Shown here: positions 1 through 8,472 of the stretch, in pieces
Layout: each line of letters begins with the position of its first letter
How positions within the stretch are numbered: position 1 is the stretch's first letter
DNA from: an uncultured archaeon
Lineage (GTDB): Archaea > Asgardarchaeota > Thorarchaeia > Thorarchaeales > Thorarchaeaceae
Length of the DNA: 56,705 nt
Direction of reading: 5' to 3'
Assembly: GCA_964631415.1 (NCBI GenBank)
Contig: CAZVZC010000008.1
Span: forward strand, 1 to 56,705
Made by a program: the position numbers and the translations under genes
Notes under the pieces: generated by a model
What the model was told of the DNA's origin: nothing
The model's database searches: none
Seen by the model: the letters and a program-made list of their open reading frames with translations, nothing else

Positions 1-10
1 TTGAACAAGC

Positions 11-85
11 GGGCCAGTAGTTCAGTGGTAGAATGTCTGATTCGCATTCAGAAGGTCGCGAGTTCGATTCTCGCCTGGTCCACCA
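11..85 (+). tRNA. tRNA-Ala(CGC), intronless, CCA encoded
   Basis: Acceptor GGGCCAG/CTGGTCC with G3:U70 Ala identity pair; anticodon arm TCTGA-TTCGCAT-TCAGA; T-loop GTTCGATTC; ends ACCA. Confidence 0.95.
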
Positions 86-144
86 TGCGTGTCGTGCGAT
101 TCTCTCATTCTCGTGTGAATCCAGCAAGAGCAAGAAAGCCGTGA

Positions 145-651
145 ATGTTGACATTAGATGACCACGACCAAACCTTATTCAAACGGGAAATCATCATGGT
201 CACTCGGATGATATCATTGAGCGATGACTCCCGCGAGTACTTGGTGAAAGTAGTCTGGACTGGTGGCAAATCGGGTGATGTGTTGGTCAGTGACAAGCCA
301 ACAATAAGGACTGGAAGCCCTCCGGAGTTCGGCGGGACCAAAGAGTTTCATTCCCCGGAAGACCTGTTCGTGGCTTCAGCTTCTGTCTGTTTCATGAACT
401 CCTTCATTGTCTTCACAGAGAAAATGCATATCAGATTCGAGTCCTTCGAGGTGGAAGCAAAGGGATTGCTGGAGAAAGTGGGGCAGAGCTACGAAATCAC
501 CCATCTGCACTTGAAGACCAAGGTCGTCATAGAGTCAGAGGACCTGAGAAGCAAGATGACTAGGGCATTGGAACTCGGTGCGAAGTACTGCTATGTTGCA
601 AACAGCATGAAATGCCCTAAAGAGTACGAGAGTGAGATAGTCGTCGGATAG
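145..651 (+). CDS. OsmC/Ohr-family protein (true start probably near 196-217)
   Basis: SPEDLFVASASVCF and AKYCYVANS two-Cys OsmC motifs. Confidence 0.85.
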   Translation: MLTLDDHDQTLFKREIIMVTRMISLSDDSREYLVKVVWTGGKSGDVLVSDKPTIRTGSPPEFGGTKEFHSPEDLFVASASVCFMNSFIVFTEKMHIRFESFEVEAKGLLEKVGQSYEITHLHLKTKVVIESEDLRSKMTRALELGAKYCYVANSMKCPKEYESEIVVG

Positions 652-706
652 CAAGAAAGAAACCAGACCCAAACGCTTTTTCGTAGAGTTTCCACTGTAC
701 TCTCAG

Positions 707-1150
707 GTGAGCACCCTGAGCCAAGAGTCGCATGAATACCGCGTACAAGTAGACTGGACGCATGATCGTGTTGGCGACCTTCTCATTGATGGAAAGCCCA
801 CAATGAAAGTGTCGGCGCCGCCAGAGTTCGAGGGGCCAGAGGGCATAATATCACCAGAAGACCTCTTCGTCGCAGCGGCCACATCTTGCTTCATGACCAC
901 TTTCGTCACCTTCTCGAAGAAGCTGCGCTTCGACTTCAAGTCCTTTGCCTGTCAGGGGATAGGCACACTCCAGAAGCTTGAGAGAGGTTTCGAGTTCACG
1001 AAGCTCCTGTTGAAGACTAAGGTGGTCGTAGACTCTAAGGAAACGAAACCAAAGGCGGAGAAGGCACTGGAACTGGCAGGCAAGTACTGCTTGGTTTCTA
1101 ACAGTATGAAATGCTCCACTGAGCATGAGAACACTGTCGTCGTAGGTTGA
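707..1150 (+). CDS. OsmC/Ohr-family protein, tandem paralogue
   Basis: SPEDLFVAAATSCF and GKYCLVSNS; colinear with the upstream ORF. Confidence 0.88.
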   Translation: MSTLSQESHEYRVQVDWTHDRVGDLLIDGKPTMKVSAPPEFEGPEGIISPEDLFVAAATSCFMTTFVTFSKKLRFDFKSFACQGIGTLQKLERGFEFTKLLLKTKVVVDSKETKPKAEKALELAGKYCLVSNSMKCSTEHENTVVVG

Positions 1151-1172
1151 ACAGATACGATACCAGCGCCGC

Positions 1173-3647
1173 TCAGGAGCCAGATGTTGTGGGCTGAGGA
1201 GGCCTCACATAGATGACCTCACTAGACTCTGGAAGGCTCACTTCAACAAACCCACTGCCCTTTGGCTTCGTGAACCTCAACTTCTCGATCCCATGCATCG
1301 CCTGAAGGTCCCTCGCCCATGGCTTCAGCTTCCCGGATATACAGGCCTCAGGTATGCCTTGCCTGAGTGACAGGTTGTTGTCACGCTTGAACTTCCAAAA
1401 ACCTGCATTGGTCTGGAGCAGAAGACTCGTGTATTTCGTCAGTGGAGACTGCCACTCGTTGTTTGGCACCGGGAACCCCTCGCGATGAATACCTTCGTGG
1501 TTGTACAGGTCTCTGTAGATTCTGTCAGTGATGAACGGAATGACGGGAGCCAGAGCCTTCAACACTATCTTCAATGCCTCGTGTAGGGCAAACCATGCCG
1601 AGCGTTGCTCCTCTGGCGTGAACTGATTCTCGCTGTTGAAGCAGCGGCCCTTCAACATCTCCAGCACATGGTCAGCAAGGAAGCTCCATGCGAACGTCTT
1701 CACGTCGGTAGCAGGCTTGTGGAAGTCGAGCGCCTCACAATCTGGCGCTATTCCCTCGACCATCTTGTTGGCCTCTGCAAGTACCCACTGATCTACGGGG
1801 TTAAGGTCTTCAAACGGAATCGCACTTGGGATAGGGAACATGGACACAAAGCGGCCTATGTTCCACAGTTTCGTCATGAACTTGGATACACCCGAAAGCC
1901 GGTCCTCCGAGAAGCGTACGTCACTGCCCAGTCCGGCCTCCAGCACACCGAAAAGCCTCATGGCGTCTGCGCCGTACTTGTTGATGAAAGGCCTTGGCGG
2001 CGGAGAGTTGCCCTTCGACTTGCTCATCTTCTCACCCTTCTCGTCCACCACGTGCCCAGATACCCAGATTTCGTTGAAGGCGGGCTTCTTCAGTAGTTGG
2101 TAGGTCCTGAGGAGCGAGTAGAACAGCCATGTGCGAACAATGTCTTTACCCTGCGGCCTGATGACGTTGCCAAACGCCTTCTTGAACAGCATCTGATCTC
2201 GCATGTATCCGGTTATTTGGAGGCACGAGATTGATGAGTCCATCCATGTATCGAATGTCCTGTCCTCTCCTTTGAATCCCTTCTGGCCGCCGCACTTTGG
2301 GCACTTGCTGAATGGGGGGTCCTCCCGCCAAGGCTGGTAGTACTTGAGTTCCCCGGACTCAGGCACAACTGGCTGTCCACAGGCATTACAGTACCAGATT
2401 GGCATCTCTGTTCCATAATACCTTCGCCTGCTTACTGGCCAGTCCACAGTGACCCTGTTGATCCAGTCAATCAGTATTTGTCTGTGAGATTCAGGGTAGA
2501 ACTTGGTTTCCCTAGCTATCTTCATCATGGCGTCTGTGAACTCGGCTTGGCGCAGATAGTACTCGTCCATGGCGATGAACTCTATTGGGGTCTTGCTCCG
2601 CCAGCAGATAGGCACCCTCTGGGTGATTGCCTCTTGCCTGTACAAGATCCCTTCCGCCTTCAGGTCTTCGATAATCTGCCTTCTTGCATCCTCAGTGGTG
2701 AAACCGGCATACTTCCCTGCGGCCGAAGTCATCTTGCCATCGGGGGAAACTGCAGCAATCGTCTTCAATGCGTAATCACGGAAGGCCATCACATCAGCCA
2801 TGTCGCCGTAGCTGCACACCATTAGCGCACCTGTGCCAAACTCGATCTGGGCTGTCGCGCTTTCAATGATCGGCACCTCCAAGTTGAAGATGGGCACTCT
2901 GGCCTTCTTGCCGCCGTAGCCATGATAGCGTTCATCTCCCGGATGTACAAAGACTGCACCACAGGCGCACAAGAGCTCCGGACGTGTTGTGGCAATCTTG
3001 AGGGGGTCCATTCCCTCCACTTGAAAGCAGAGATAGTTCAGAGTCGCTGGCCGCTCATCATATTCCACTTCAGCGTCTGCGATTGTCGTGCCACACTCAA
3101 AGCACCAGTTGTTTGGTCTGTAGTCGCTGTAGACCAGACCTTGGTTCCAGAGGTCAATAAAGGTCGCTTGGGTCAAGGCCCTGTACTCAGGGCTGTCAGT
3201 CCTGTAGCTGCCTTGGTCCTCATATGTGTTGAAGCCAATGCCCATTCTCTTGAAGCTCTCAACCACCTCGTCCTCGTACAGATTGAGCTGTTCCCTGCAT
3301 TTCTGAACGAACTCCGCACGCGGTGTTGTGTGCATGTTCATCCCGAACTCTCTCTCGACGCGAAGCTCGACCGGGAGACCGTTGCGGTCGATGCCCAAGG
3401 GGAAGTTCACCTCAAGACCCTGCATGCGCCTGTATCTTGCGATTATGTCAATCTGCGTGTAGTGCAACAGCTGGCCGATGTGCACGTGGCCGGAAAGATA
3501 AGGTGGAGGAGTGTCTACGGAGTAGATTTTCTTCCTGTTCTTTGAATCAAAGGTATACACGTTGTCCCTGAGCCAAGTTTCTAGCAGAGCGGCCTCATCA
3601 TTGGGGGTCCATCGATTGGACGTGATCCTCGGCACAAACTTCGACAA
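1173..3647 (-). CDS. valS: Valyl-tRNA synthetase (archaeal type)
   Basis: DTPPPY..HIGQ (HIGH-like), KMSKS, ATTRPE, FDTWMDSS class Ia motifs. Confidence 0.93.
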   Translation of the reverse strand: MSKFVPRITSNRWTPNDEAALLETWLRDNVYTFDSKNRKKIYSVDTPPPYLSGHVHIGQLLHYTQIDIIARYRRMQGLEVNFPLGIDRNGLPVELRVEREFGMNMHTTPRAEFVQKCREQLNLYEDEVVESFKRMGIGFNTYEDQGSYRTDSPEYRALTQATFIDLWNQGLVYSDYRPNNWCFECGTTIADAEVEYDERPATLNYLCFQVEGMDPLKIATTRPELLCACGAVFVHPGDERYHGYGGKKARVPIFNLEVPIIESATAQIEFGTGALMVCSYGDMADVMAFRDYALKTIAAVSPDGKMTSAAGKYAGFTTEDARRQIIEDLKAEGILYRQEAITQRVPICWRSKTPIEFIAMDEYYLRQAEFTDAMMKIARETKFYPESHRQILIDWINRVTVDWPVSRRRYYGTEMPIWYCNACGQPVVPESGELKYYQPWREDPPFSKCPKCGGQKGFKGEDRTFDTWMDSSISCLQITGYMRDQMLFKKAFGNVIRPQGKDIVRTWLFYSLLRTYQLLKKPAFNEIWVSGHVVDEKGEKMSKSKGNSPPPRPFINKYGADAMRLFGVLEAGLGSDVRFSEDRLSGVSKFMTKLWNIGRFVSMFPIPSAIPFEDLNPVDQWVLAEANKMVEGIAPDCEALDFHKPATDVKTFAWSFLADHVLEMLKGRCFNSENQFTPEEQRSAWFALHEALKIVLKALAPVIPFITDRIYRDLYNHEGIHREGFPVPNNEWQSPLTKYTSLLLQTNAGFWKFKRDNNLSLRQGIPEACISGKLKPWARDLQAMHGIEKLRFTKPKGSGFVEVSLPESSEVIYVRPPQPTTSGS

Positions 3648-3998
3648 GACAGTCGGACTCCTTGATAACGAAACGGCCGGACATGGCCCATTCTCGAGCC
3701 GAACAATGCCCTCCTGCTAAAAGGATTGTGGGCAATGGCGCTTGTCCATGGCCTCTGCAACGCGTATCTTGCTCTCTGTCCCAGCCAAGTACAGTGATTA
3801 GGCCTGCAACAACATAGACATGTCTGGTCAGTCCTGCTCGTCGCAGTATGGAGTTGAGAGGAGAGAAAACCCACGCATGTCAGTCATGGGCGCTGAGGCG
3901 GCCTAGCGAAATATCGACCAGCTCTTTCCATTCAAGAAAGCTTCTTTAGGAGCCCGCAGGATGTCTGTTTGTTTGGACAGCGCAGTGGAGAGCAGAAT

Positions 3999-4700
3999 AT
4001 GCGCGCGGTTCTCAAGATTGGAGGCTCGCTTCTCTTTGATGACACTGGCAAGGTGCTCACCGATAGGATTGCGAAGTATGCCGTGTCAGTAAGGGCTCTG
4101 CTTAAGGAGGGACACCAGCTGGTGATAGTTGTGGGAGGAGGAAGACCAGCACGAACGTTCATAGGTGCTGCCCGAGATCTTGGCGCAACTGAAACGCAGT
4201 GCGACTGGTTCGGGATTAAACTCGCTCGTCACAACGCTGAACTGCTCTGCGTGGCTCTTGGGGACGCGGCGTATCCAAGAGTTGTGGAAGGCTTAGATGA
4301 ACTTGAGACAGCCATGTGTTCCGGAAGGGTTGTCCTGATGGGGGGACTGACGCCCGGGCAGTCGACGAACGCAGTGGCTGCCCTTGCGGCGGAAGTATTA
4401 CGAGGCGCCAAGCTTCTGAATGCCACTGATGTCGATGGAGTCTATGACAAAGACCCTGACAAGCCTGGCGCCAAGAAGCTGGACACGGTGGACATCAACC
4501 AGTTCAAGACCATTCTTGCGGCAACTGGCGCGCGTGCAGGGGAGTACAAGCTATTTGACCCGGTCGCAGTAAGGATTGTGGAACGGTCTAGAATCGAAAC
4601 TGTGGTCTTTGACGGCAGGGACCCAGAGAATCTTCTTCGTCTCTTCAAGGGAAAGAAGATCGGGACCACAATCGTGCACGGTCAAAAGGAAGAGTCCTAA
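3999..4700 (+). CDS. pyrH: UMP kinase
   Basis: VLKIGGS, VVGGG, PGQSTNAVAA, TDVDGVYDKDP; ATG at 3999 preferred. Confidence 0.95.
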   Translation: MRAVLKIGGSLLFDDTGKVLTDRIAKYAVSVRALLKEGHQLVIVVGGGRPARTFIGAARDLGATETQCDWFGIKLARHNAELLCVALGDAAYPRVVEGLDELETAMCSGRVVLMGGLTPGQSTNAVAALAAEVLRGAKLLNATDVDGVYDKDPDKPGAKKLDTVDINQFKTILAATGARAGEYKLFDPVAVRIVERSRIETVVFDGRDPENLLRLFKGKKIGTTIVHGQKEES

Positions 4701-4714
4701 GGAGGCCTTGCGAG

Positions 4715-5020
4715 TTGCAGAAGCTACTTGAGAAGATCTTTGCCTCACGAGCTCAGACAAGAGTTGTCCAGCATTTCCTTGACAGGCCAAAGGAGTTCTT
4801 CAACCTGAGCAGGATTGCCAAGGAAACTGGACTCGCGCATTCGACAATCCATAGAGTGATGCAGCCCCTTGTCGACATAGGTTTTGTCAAGGAGATAAGG
4901 GTCGGTCAGCAGATACGACTCTTCATCTTGGAAACAGAAGATGCAAGGAGTAAGGTCATCGCTGACTTCTACCACCAGATCAGGCCGTTCCTAGAGGAAA
5001 TGCGCAAGGTGACTTCTTAG
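4715..5020 (+). CDS. Winged-helix DNA-binding protein
   Basis: LSRIAKETGLAHSTIHRVMQPLVDIGFV HTH plus wing. Confidence 0.8.
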   Translation: MQKLLEKIFASRAQTRVVQHFLDRPKEFFNLSRIAKETGLAHSTIHRVMQPLVDIGFVKEIRVGQQIRLFILETEDARSKVIADFYHQIRPFLEEMRKVTS

Positions 5021-5054
5021 GCCGCGGAAAGTTTTCAAAGGACCCGCTTAGGAA

Positions 5055-5858
5055 TCAGCCCTTGAGATATGATATGAGAAGACGATTAAACTCGTCACGC
5101 CTCTCCACGGTGGGTGAATGACCACATCCCTTGAGAACGTGAAGACTTGAACCTTTTATGCCCTTGTTGATGAGCCTTCCCATCTCGATATTGATTATGC
5201 CGTCACGGTCCCCATGGATTACGAGAGTCGGAGCTGATATCTCCTGAAGACGATCCACTAGGTCTGTCACTGCAAGACCAAGACCTGCAGCAACAACTCC
5301 TTCTATCTTGATATCGGCAGCTCGCTCTTTCAAATGGTTAACAATGTCGGGGTTGTTCTTGACCCATTGAGTAGTGAAGCCGCTTCGTACAGTCGCCCAG
5401 AAGTATGCCTCGTTTCCTCCTTCGAGCTGTGCCTCACGCCAGCCTAACACAACATCGGCGATTTCTTCTGTGACTTTGGCCGTGGTGTCAACCAGAACGA
5501 GCTTCTCAACGCGATGAGGGAAGTCTAGTGCAAACTGCTGTGCCACAATGCCGCCCAATGAATGTCCGACTACACGTACCCTGTCAACGTGGAGGTGTGT
5601 GAGGAGATGGTCTAGGTCCTCTGCAAACTGGTGTGCTGGGATGAAGTCTGTGAAGCCACCCTCTGATTGACCGTGTCCACGCAGGTCAGGCAGTACCAGA
5701 CGGAAATGCTGCTTCATGTCATCCTGTTGATATTCCCACCCCCGATGGTCCGATCCCAGACCATGTATCAAGAGCACGGGCGGACCCCTCCCGATAGTTT
5801 CGTAGAACATCGAGAAGTCTTGAGTCTTCATGTACGGCATATGACTAGCTCCAGTCAT
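5055..5858 (-). CDS. Alpha/beta hydrolase
   Basis: LLIHG, DLRGHG, GHSLGG, HGDRD, GH triad motifs. Confidence 0.92.
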   Translation of the reverse strand: MTGASHMPYMKTQDFSMFYETIGRGPPVLLIHGLGSDHRGWEYQQDDMKQHFRLVLPDLRGHGQSEGGFTDFIPAHQFAEDLDHLLTHLHVDRVRVVGHSLGGIVAQQFALDFPHRVEKLVLVDTTAKVTEEIADVVLGWREAQLEGGNEAYFWATVRSGFTTQWVKNNPDIVNHLKERAADIKIEGVVAAGLGLAVTDLVDRLQEISAPTLVIHGDRDGIINIEMGRLINKGIKGSSLHVLKGCGHSPTVERRDEFNRLLISYLKG

Positions 5859-5984
5859 TCAGTCAAATGGCTGCGGTATGTGATTACTTACTCATAAACT
5901 ACACCGAAAGCTGATTTCTCTATGATGAGCTAGGAAAAAGGGAAAACGGCTATAAACGAACCAGCAGGAGATGCAGACCGAAGT

Positions 5985-6096
5985 GCCGAGGTTGCCAAGT
6001 CAGGTCAAAGGCGGTGGACTCAAGATCGGCGCCTGACTCCGCTGAGAAATCCACTCTCGTAGGAGTCCGTGGGTTCGAATCCCTCCCTCGGCACCA
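5985..6096 (+). tRNA. tRNA-Leu(CAA) with 24-nt intron at 37/38 (6025-6048)
   Basis: GCCGAGG/CCTCGGC acceptor; GTGGA-CTCAAG[intron]A-TCCAC; BHB core CTCA/TGAG with AGA and AAA bulges; long variable arm; ACCA. Confidence 0.93.
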
Positions 6097-6224
6097 TTCT
6101 CTATGCGCAGATTCCGCGCAGTGGCCAGCCCTCGGCGTGCATTACCTCAGAATCACACGGATGCACGGAAGGTCACGAAGTCAGAAGAAATAGTACGGAA
6201 ATCGGAATTGTGCATATTCAACAT

Positions 6225-6254
6225 AAGAAGAGGGGAGGTGTTACGTTGCCTCCC
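6225..6254 (-). terminator. Hairpin plus pyrimidine tract ending the small-peptide operon
   Basis: Minus strand GGGAGG-CAACGTAACA-CCTCCC-CTCTTCTT, overlapping the TAA of peptide 3. Confidence 0.55.
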
Positions 6255-6363
6255 ACGCGAAAACCTCAGTCACAGTCAACACATGAGCCTTGGTTGGATT
6301 GGAACTCCGCACATGCAGGCTGGTAGGACGAACTCTAGATCGCTTGGCAGAATCAACGTTCAT
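6241..6363 (-). CDS. Small peptide 3 (40 aa) MNVDSAKRSRVRPTSLHVRSSNPTKAHVLTVTEVFAWEAT
   Basis: ATG 6 nt after SD AAGGTGA, which contains the stop of peptide 2; motif TEVFAW; not in ORF track (<60 aa). Confidence 0.6.
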   Translation of the reverse strand: MNVDSAKRSRVRPTSLHVRSSNPTKAHVLTVTEVFAWEAT

Positions 6364-6369
6364 TCAGTT

Positions 6370-6477
6370 TCACCTTGCGAACCTAGCGAAGTATGCGAAA
6401 GCGATTGCCTCGGTGGAGATTGGGACTCTGCGGACTGGTGCCCCTGCGGTATGGACGTAAGTCTTCATCTGAGCCAT
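6370..6477 (-). CDS. Small peptide 2 (35 aa) MAQMKTYVHTAGAPVRRVPISTEAIAFAYFARFAR
   Basis: ATG 5 nt after SD GAGGTGA, which contains the stop of peptide 1; STEAIAFAY matches STDAIAYAY of peptide 1. Confidence 0.7.
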   Translation of the reverse strand: MAQMKTYVHTAGAPVRRVPISTEAIAFAYFARFAR

Positions 6478-6482
6478 TGAGT

Positions 6483-6593
6483 TCACCTCACAACAGTAGC
6501 GTAGGCGTAGGCGATTGCATCAGTGCTCTGAGCCTTTGCCATGATGTTCTTCTTCCCAACAGATGTGTTTCGAGTGTTTACTTCGTGCGCCAT
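6483..6593 (-). CDS. Small peptide 1 (36 aa) MAHEVNTRNTSVGKKNIMAKAQSTDAIAYAYATVVR
   Basis: First ORF downstream of TATATATA (6626-6633); GTGAACTAAA-ATG start block resembles those of peptides 2 and 3. Confidence 0.7.
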   Translation of the reverse strand: MAHEVNTRNTSVGKKNIMAKAQSTDAIAYAYATVVR

Positions 6594-6614
6594 TTTAGTT
6601 CACGAGTTATGCTG

Positions 6615-6680
6615 CTCAGACTGAGTATATATAGCGAAGCCACTTTCAGGGGTCACTGCACAGAGTCACATGATGTGACT
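6615..6680 (-). promoter_or_regulatory. TATA box with flanking palindromes for the small-peptide operon
   Basis: TATATATA 6626-6633, 33 bp from the ATG; CTCAG-A-CTGAG 6615-6625; AGTCACA-TGA-TGTGACT 6664-6680. Confidence 0.5.
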
Positions 6681-6751
6681 GTCTTCTTCCCCGATTTGGC
6701 CTAGGAAGCCACCCGAGCACCTCCCCTCCGTTTCGATGCTGTCGGGAGAGC

Positions 6752-8470
6752 CTACTTCCTGATTTCCTTGAGCAACGCTTTCAACGGGTATGTGTTGACC
6801 ACGTCTTTGGGCTCTATCCATCCTCGCCGTGCTTGGAACACCCCAAATGGCATATTGGAGAGTTCGCTCACCCGATGGGCGTCCGTATTTATGGCAATCT
6901 TAAGACCAAACCTCTTTGCAGCTCTCAGGTTTCCGTCATTGAGATCGAGCCGTTGGGGATGGCTGTTCAGCTCCATGATGACCTTGTTTGCACGCGCCAC
7001 CTCAAACACTCGTTCCAGGTCAATCTCATACTCAGACCTCTTGAGCAGCAGCCGGCTTGTTGGGTGACCTAAGATGTGTGCATGCCTGTTCTGAAGGGCT
7101 GTGCAGACTCGATTGGTGATCACCTCTTTTGTGTCCTTCATCCTAGAGTGGACAGATACTGTGACCACATCCATTTGCTCCAACACTTGGTCGCTGATGT
7201 CGAGATCTCCATTGGCCAGTATGTCCACCTCCGCGCCCTTCAGCACCTTCATCTTCCATCTGCCTGATGAGTTGATACGGTCGATCTCTTCGAAGGCCTT
7301 CAGCATCTGCTTCTCATCCATGCCGCCTGCTATCGTCAGACTCTTGGTGTGATCTGACACACAGAAGTAATCATAGCCTCTCTTGGAAGCGGCGTCAATC
7401 ATCTCTTCAATCGTGTTTGCGCCGTCGGATTTGTCAGTGTGGCTGTGAAGGTCGCCCTTTATGTTTCGTAAGGAAACAAGCTGCGGGAGCTCGTGACGCT
7501 GCGCGGCCTCGATCTCGCCCTTGTCCTCCCGGAGTTCCGGAGGTATGAGGTCTAAGCCGAGCACCTTGTAGAGCCCCTCTTCGTCCTTCCCCGCCACCCG
7601 GTCCTCACCTCTGAATAGGCCGTATTCACTGAGTCTGAGGCCCATCTTCTGGGCGATTGTTCTCACGTGTACATTGTGATCAATGCTACCGGTGAAGTAC
7701 TGAAGACCAGCCCCGAAGCTGTCAGTCGGAAGCACCCGCACGTCGACCTGAAGACCGCTCTTTAGTCTGACCGAGGATTTGGTCGGTCCATGAGCAATGA
7801 CATCTGCCACATCCGCGAGATGTACGAATGCTTCCATCACCATAGTACCATCATCGGCGTCCACTAGCACATCAATGTCGCCGATGGTTTCCTTCCTTCG
7901 TCGAAATGAGCCAGCTATGACGACTTGTCGTACCCCTTCGACCTCTTTCAGTGACTTCTCAATGCTCTCCGCGATAGGAAAAGCATCAGCCAGAAGTGTC
8001 CGACCAAGACCCGCACGAACAAGTTGGATACCCTCGACTATCTGGTCCACAGTCTTCTTTCCTATGCCTTTCAGTTCCGTTAGCCGCTCCTCCTTGACCG
8101 CCTTCTCCAGAGACTCAAGGTCTGTTATACCGAGGTTCTCATAGAGCAGCTTCATCGTCATGGGGCCGACACCAGGTATCGCATCGAGTTCCTTGACTTT
8201 GACAGGTATCTCTCTTCTTAGGTCTTCAAGCGCAGGTATTGAGCCCGTCTTGAGGAGAGAATCAATCTTCTCGGCCAACGACTTGCCAACACCGGGAATC
8301 TGCATCAACTCGCCTCGAGAACTTATGGCCTCGATGTCTTCTCCAAGCGATGCTACGGACCGGGCCGCCCGATCGTATGCCCTAGCCTTCTGCTTAGATT
8401 CCGGCTTACCTTGTATCTCCAACAAGACTGCGAACTCACTCAGTGCTTGTGCGACCTCGTTGTTCCTCAC
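6752..8470 (-). CDS. polX: DNA polymerase X with C-terminal PHP domain
   Basis: HhH repeats, GSFRR..GDIDVL, YFTGS, PHP motifs DLHSHT..SDH..TDAH; GTG start at 8470 after SD GGGAGG. Confidence 0.93.
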   Translation of the reverse strand: MRNNEVAQALSEFAVLLEIQGKPESKQKARAYDRAARSVASLGEDIEAISSRGELMQIPGVGKSLAEKIDSLLKTGSIPALEDLRREIPVKVKELDAIPGVGPMTMKLLYENLGITDLESLEKAVKEERLTELKGIGKKTVDQIVEGIQLVRAGLGRTLLADAFPIAESIEKSLKEVEGVRQVVIAGSFRRRKETIGDIDVLVDADDGTMVMEAFVHLADVADVIAHGPTKSSVRLKSGLQVDVRVLPTDSFGAGLQYFTGSIDHNVHVRTIAQKMGLRLSEYGLFRGEDRVAGKDEEGLYKVLGLDLIPPELREDKGEIEAAQRHELPQLVSLRNIKGDLHSHTDKSDGANTIEEMIDAASKRGYDYFCVSDHTKSLTIAGGMDEKQMLKAFEEIDRINSSGRWKMKVLKGAEVDILANGDLDISDQVLEQMDVVTVSVHSRMKDTKEVITNRVCTALQNRHAHILGHPTSRLLLKRSEYEIDLERVFEVARANKVIMELNSHPQRLDLNDGNLRAAKRFGLKIAINTDAHRVSELSNMPFGVFQARRGWIEPKDVVNTYPLKALLKEIRK

Positions 8471-8472
8471 GA

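Noticed and set aside
649-707. Pyrrolysine or stop read-through fusing the two OsmC genes
   Set aside because: The second gene is in a different frame and further stops intervene
3648-3998. T-box or structured leader upstream of valS, and ORF 3581-3874
   Set aside because: No T-box consensus or convincing stem; the ORF is non-protein-like
6069-6704. Plus-strand ORFs 6069-6326, 6103-6480 and 6393-6704 from the track
   Set aside because: Non-protein-like, one starts inside the tRNA, and they are shadows of the better-supported minus-strand peptide operon
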